Source: Pyrinomonadaceae bacterium (lineage in GTDB: Bacteria; Acidobacteriota; Blastocatellia; Pyrinomonadales; Pyrinomonadaceae). From it: a stretch of 64,000 nucleotides of DNA. The notes below the pieces were generated by a model. That model was not told the DNA's origin, did not search any database, and saw only the letters and a list, made by a program, of their open reading frames with translations. Location: the NCBI GenBank assembly GCA_036403375.1, contig DASWRC010000188.1, forward strand, positions 23,248 through 87,247, given 5' to 3'. Positions 61,547 through 64,000 of the stretch are shown piece after piece. Position 1 is the first letter of the stretch; every line of letters starts with the position of its first letter. Both the position numbers and the translations under genes were made by a program.

Positions 61547-63343
61547 TCATTTACCGGAATTTGAATCCAGAAGTCCCGCCTCGACCAGCAGCTCGCCGCC
61601 CGCCGCGTCGATAATGCCGTTAGTTTCTTCTTCGATGCTGGTTGCCTGCGTGTAAATGTCGCCGGCGACGCGGCGCGCGCGCATTTCGCGCTTGAAATCG
61701 CGAATCCGCTTTGTTTTTTCTTCCGTCCCGCCCGGACCGCCGTAATCCGAAAAACCGAATCCGCCCCATTCGCTAATCACGAGCGGCACTTGCCCGCCAT
61801 AAAAATACGGGTCGCCGGTGATTAACGGCTGCGCCGCGACGCCTTTTGTTTCGCCGTTTGTCATGCGGTCGAGAACCGACGACCACGTCTTCAAATCGGG
61901 CGTGTAAACGTGCGCGGTCAAAAGGTGCGAGCTGAGCCGCCCGCGTCTTGAAACGTGATTCCAGCCGTCATTATCGACAATCAAAAGCTGCGGGTAATTG
62001 AGCCGCATATAATCGAACGTCTCGGAAAGGGAGCGGCGTGTTTCGGGATTGGTTTGAATGTCTTCCGCGCCCCAGTCTTCGTTGTACAAGCTCAAAATCA
62101 CAATCGACGGGTGCGACGCGATAAAAACCAGCATTCGCTGCAATTCCGCCCAGTGATTATCGCGGGAAGTCTGCGTCGAGCTGTGCGGCGAAGGGACTTC
62201 GACCCAGAGCATCAGACCGAGCGCATCGGCAATCCGGTAGATTCGCGGGTCGATGCCGGCGATGTGAACGCGCACCAGATTGCAGCCGAGACGCTTCATC
62301 GCGACCATATGTCGCTGCATTTCTTCGAAAGTCGAAACGCCCGGCTGGTAAAGAATTCCGTCCAGGTAAACGGGCTCGTTGTTCAGGTAAATATGGCGCC
62401 CGCGCGTCGAGATTTTACGCATCCCGAAAAACGTCTCGATGGTGCTGACGTTGCCGTTTGGCGCAACCAGCTCGGCGGACAAATGATAAAGATTCGGCGC
62501 TTGCGGCGACCAGAATTTGGCACCGGGAATTTCCATCGGCACGCGCTGCTGACGTTCGCCGGCTTCAAGCGAAAGCTCGAATTCCGTCCGCGACAAAATC
62601 TTTTTCGGTTCAGACTCGACATCTTCCTGCGGCGTGACGCTCAAACATAGCCGATAAACGCCGGGTTCGTGAATCAGCGTCGTGAAATCGAACTCGACGA
62701 GATTCGCGCGCAGACTGCTGATGACGCCGAGCCGCGAACGCAGGCGGTTACGGTTGACCTGTTCAACCCAGACGCTTCTGACCGCGCCGGAAATCGTCTG
62801 ATACCAGATGCCGCCGCGTTTGTACACGCGCGACGCCTGTTTGCCGCGCGGAATCTGCGGGTCGACGGTGTCGGTGACGCGGATCGTCAGACGATTGACG
62901 GGCGCTAAAAGCTCGAGCGGCAATTCATAAGAAAACGACGTGTATTCGCCGTAATGAATCTGCTCGCCTTCGATGGTTTTAAGCTGCACGCCGTTGAGCC
63001 AGACGCGTGTTTCGTAACCGCACGCGCCAAAAGTCAATTGCGCGATTTTGTCGGCATCGCCGCTCCAATCCGCCGGAACGGTAAATTCGCGTTCGTACCA
63101 CGCGATAACTTCGTCGCTGTTGGCGTAGAGCGATTGCGCCAGTTCGGCGTCTTTGGCGGCAAAAAGATGGGCTTCGATCGAGCCTGGAAAATATGCGGTT
63201 TCCGTGTAATCGTGTTGAATGTGCCAGCGTTCGTTCAGCCCGCGGTTTGCGGCGTCAAGCTCGAAACGCCATTCGCCGTCGAGAAGTTCAAAAGCCGTTC
63301 GCCGCAAAATCGAGCGCGGCACCGGATTAATTTTGTTAGGCAT
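61547..63343 (-). CDS. Glycoside hydrolase family 2-like enzyme
   Basis: 598 aa. The N-terminal sugar-binding-type block is FGACGYETRVWLNGVQL. TIM-barrel blocks are NLVRVHIAG, LWVEVP and YNEDWG. Confidence 0.7.
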   Translation of the reverse strand: MPNKINPVPRSILRRTAFELLDGEWRFELDAANRGLNERWHIQHDYTETAYFPGSIEAHLFAAKDAELAQSLYANSDEVIAWYEREFTVPADWSGDADKIAQLTFGACGYETRVWLNGVQLKTIEGEQIHYGEYTSFSYELPLELLAPVNRLTIRVTDTVDPQIPRGKQASRVYKRGGIWYQTISGAVRSVWVEQVNRNRLRSRLGVISSLRANLVEFDFTTLIHEPGVYRLCLSVTPQEDVESEPKKILSRTEFELSLEAGERQQRVPMEIPGAKFWSPQAPNLYHLSAELVAPNGNVSTIETFFGMRKISTRGRHIYLNNEPVYLDGILYQPGVSTFEEMQRHMVAMKRLGCNLVRVHIAGIDPRIYRIADALGLMLWVEVPSPHSSTQTSRDNHWAELQRMLVFIASHPSIVILSLYNEDWGAEDIQTNPETRRSLSETFDYMRLNYPQLLIVDNDGWNHVSRRGRLSSHLLTAHVYTPDLKTWSSVLDRMTNGETKGVAAQPLITGDPYFYGGQVPLVISEWGGFGFSDYGGPGGTEEKTKRIRDFKREMRARRVAGDIYTQATSIEEETNGIIDAAGGELLVEAGLLDSNSGK

Positions 63344-63444
63344 ATTAAATGCAAATTCCTAAAACAAGGTACGTGCTTTTACTATCATAACTTGTTTTAG
63401 GAACATATTTCCAAACCCGTTTCAAGCATTGCCGCCGCGCCGGT

Positions 63445-64000
63445 TCAGTTTTCGGGGCACGAATTGTAGTGCTCAATAAACCTTACCAAACTGTTTTCCA
63501 GTGTCGGCATCAGCACGCCGCGCTCGCTTCCGAGAACGCTGAACAACGGGCGCGGCGCGGGTAAATTCAGCTCTTTTGTTTTGCAGCCGACGACTAATTT
63601 TGAATCCAGTTTTGCGAGCTCCGCTGCCCAGCGCGCAAAATTCGCCCACGTTATCGCGCCTTTCTGCGCGAGATGCCAGATGCCGTTTTCGCGGTCAATC
63701 AACAAATCAAGACTCGTATTTACCAAATCGGGAATATAAGTCGGCGAGATAAGGCTGTCGTCAGCCGCGACGAAATCCTTGCCCGCCCGGAGCGTCTGAA
63801 GCGCAATCCTTAAAAAATTATAGTTGTCCCACGGACCGAAAAAGGCGGAAGTGCGAATAATCAACGAGTTCGGGTTGAGCCGCAGCACGCGCTCTTCGGC
63901 TTCGGCTTTGCTTTTTCCGTAAATGTTTATGGGCGCCGGCGCATCGCTTTCGATGTAAGCGCGGCTGTTATTGCCGTCAAAAACCAGGTCGGACGAAAAG
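63445..64000 (-). CDS. dTDP-4-dehydrorhamnose reductase (RmlD)-like sugar-nucleotide reductase, C-terminal part (5' end off window)
   Basis: The reading frame is open to the window edge. Translation is ...SDLVFDGNNSRAYIESDAPAPINIYGKSKAEAEERVLRLNPNSLIIRTSAFFGPWD..., which carries the RmlD YGxSK catalytic motif. Confidence 0.7.
   Translation of the reverse strand, partial: FSSDLVFDGNNSRAYIESDAPAPINIYGKSKAEAEERVLRLNPNSLIIRTSAFFGPWDNYNFLRIALQTLRAGKDFVAADDSLISPTYIPDLVNTSLDLLIDRENGIWHLAQKGAITWANFARWAAELAKLDSKLVVGCKTKELNLPAPRPLFSVLGSERGVLMPTLENSLVRFIEHYNSCPEN

Overview
64-kb window, roughly 50-55% GC by eye. The paired kinase/ECF sigma and the TPR/FGE-rich content loosely suggest Acidobacteriota, but this is tentative.

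Left part (1-27.7 kb):
- A partial Ser/Thr kinase and its partner ECF sigma factor, then hutI-hutH and an NRDE-family protein.
- Four cell-wall enzymes: two M15 paralogues, a YkuD L,D-transpeptidase and an M23 peptidase.
- A tightly packed minus-strand string: an exported protein, a 2,497-aa TPR giant, a VIT/vWA protein, a beta-propeller protein, a propeller-sensor histidine kinase and a LuxR-type response regulator.

Right part (about 27.7-60.6 kb): a self-contained, atypical type III secretion cluster.
- Export and basal-body genes: sctV, sctJ, sctL, sctN, sctU, sctQ, sctR, sctS, sctT.
- FliJ/SctO-like and FliK/SctP-like proteins, an SctI-like rod and an SctF-like needle protein with a longer paralogue.
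- Three TPR chaperones and a lytic transglycosylase.
- Flagellum-type traits: a FliG-like gene after sctJ, a FliO-like gene before sctR, a FliM-like N-terminus in SctQ, flagellar gene order, and a FliA-type sigma factor.
- Not recognisable in the window: secretin, SctD periplasmic domain, flagellin, hook, rod or Mot genes.

Main observations:
- A sigma-28-type promoter motif (GGAAACTTT-N11-GCCGATAA) recurs at least 7 times inside the cluster. Most copies lie in front of genes for signal-peptide-less putative substrates.
- That substrate set looks antibacterial. It includes a 640-aa protein followed by a CdiI-like immunity gene, a lysozyme-like/3xPG-binding/M15 peptidoglycan hydrolase, and a GxSxG hydrolase with a chaperone-like partner.
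- Intergenic hairpins built from inverted arrays of tandem heptamers occur across the whole window, including between sctR, sctS and sctT.

The window ends with a lipoprotein, a GH2 glycosidase and a partial RmlD-like reductase. No rRNA, tRNA, CRISPR array, integrase or transposase was seen. All family assignments come from motifs read by eye and need HMM or BLAST confirmation.
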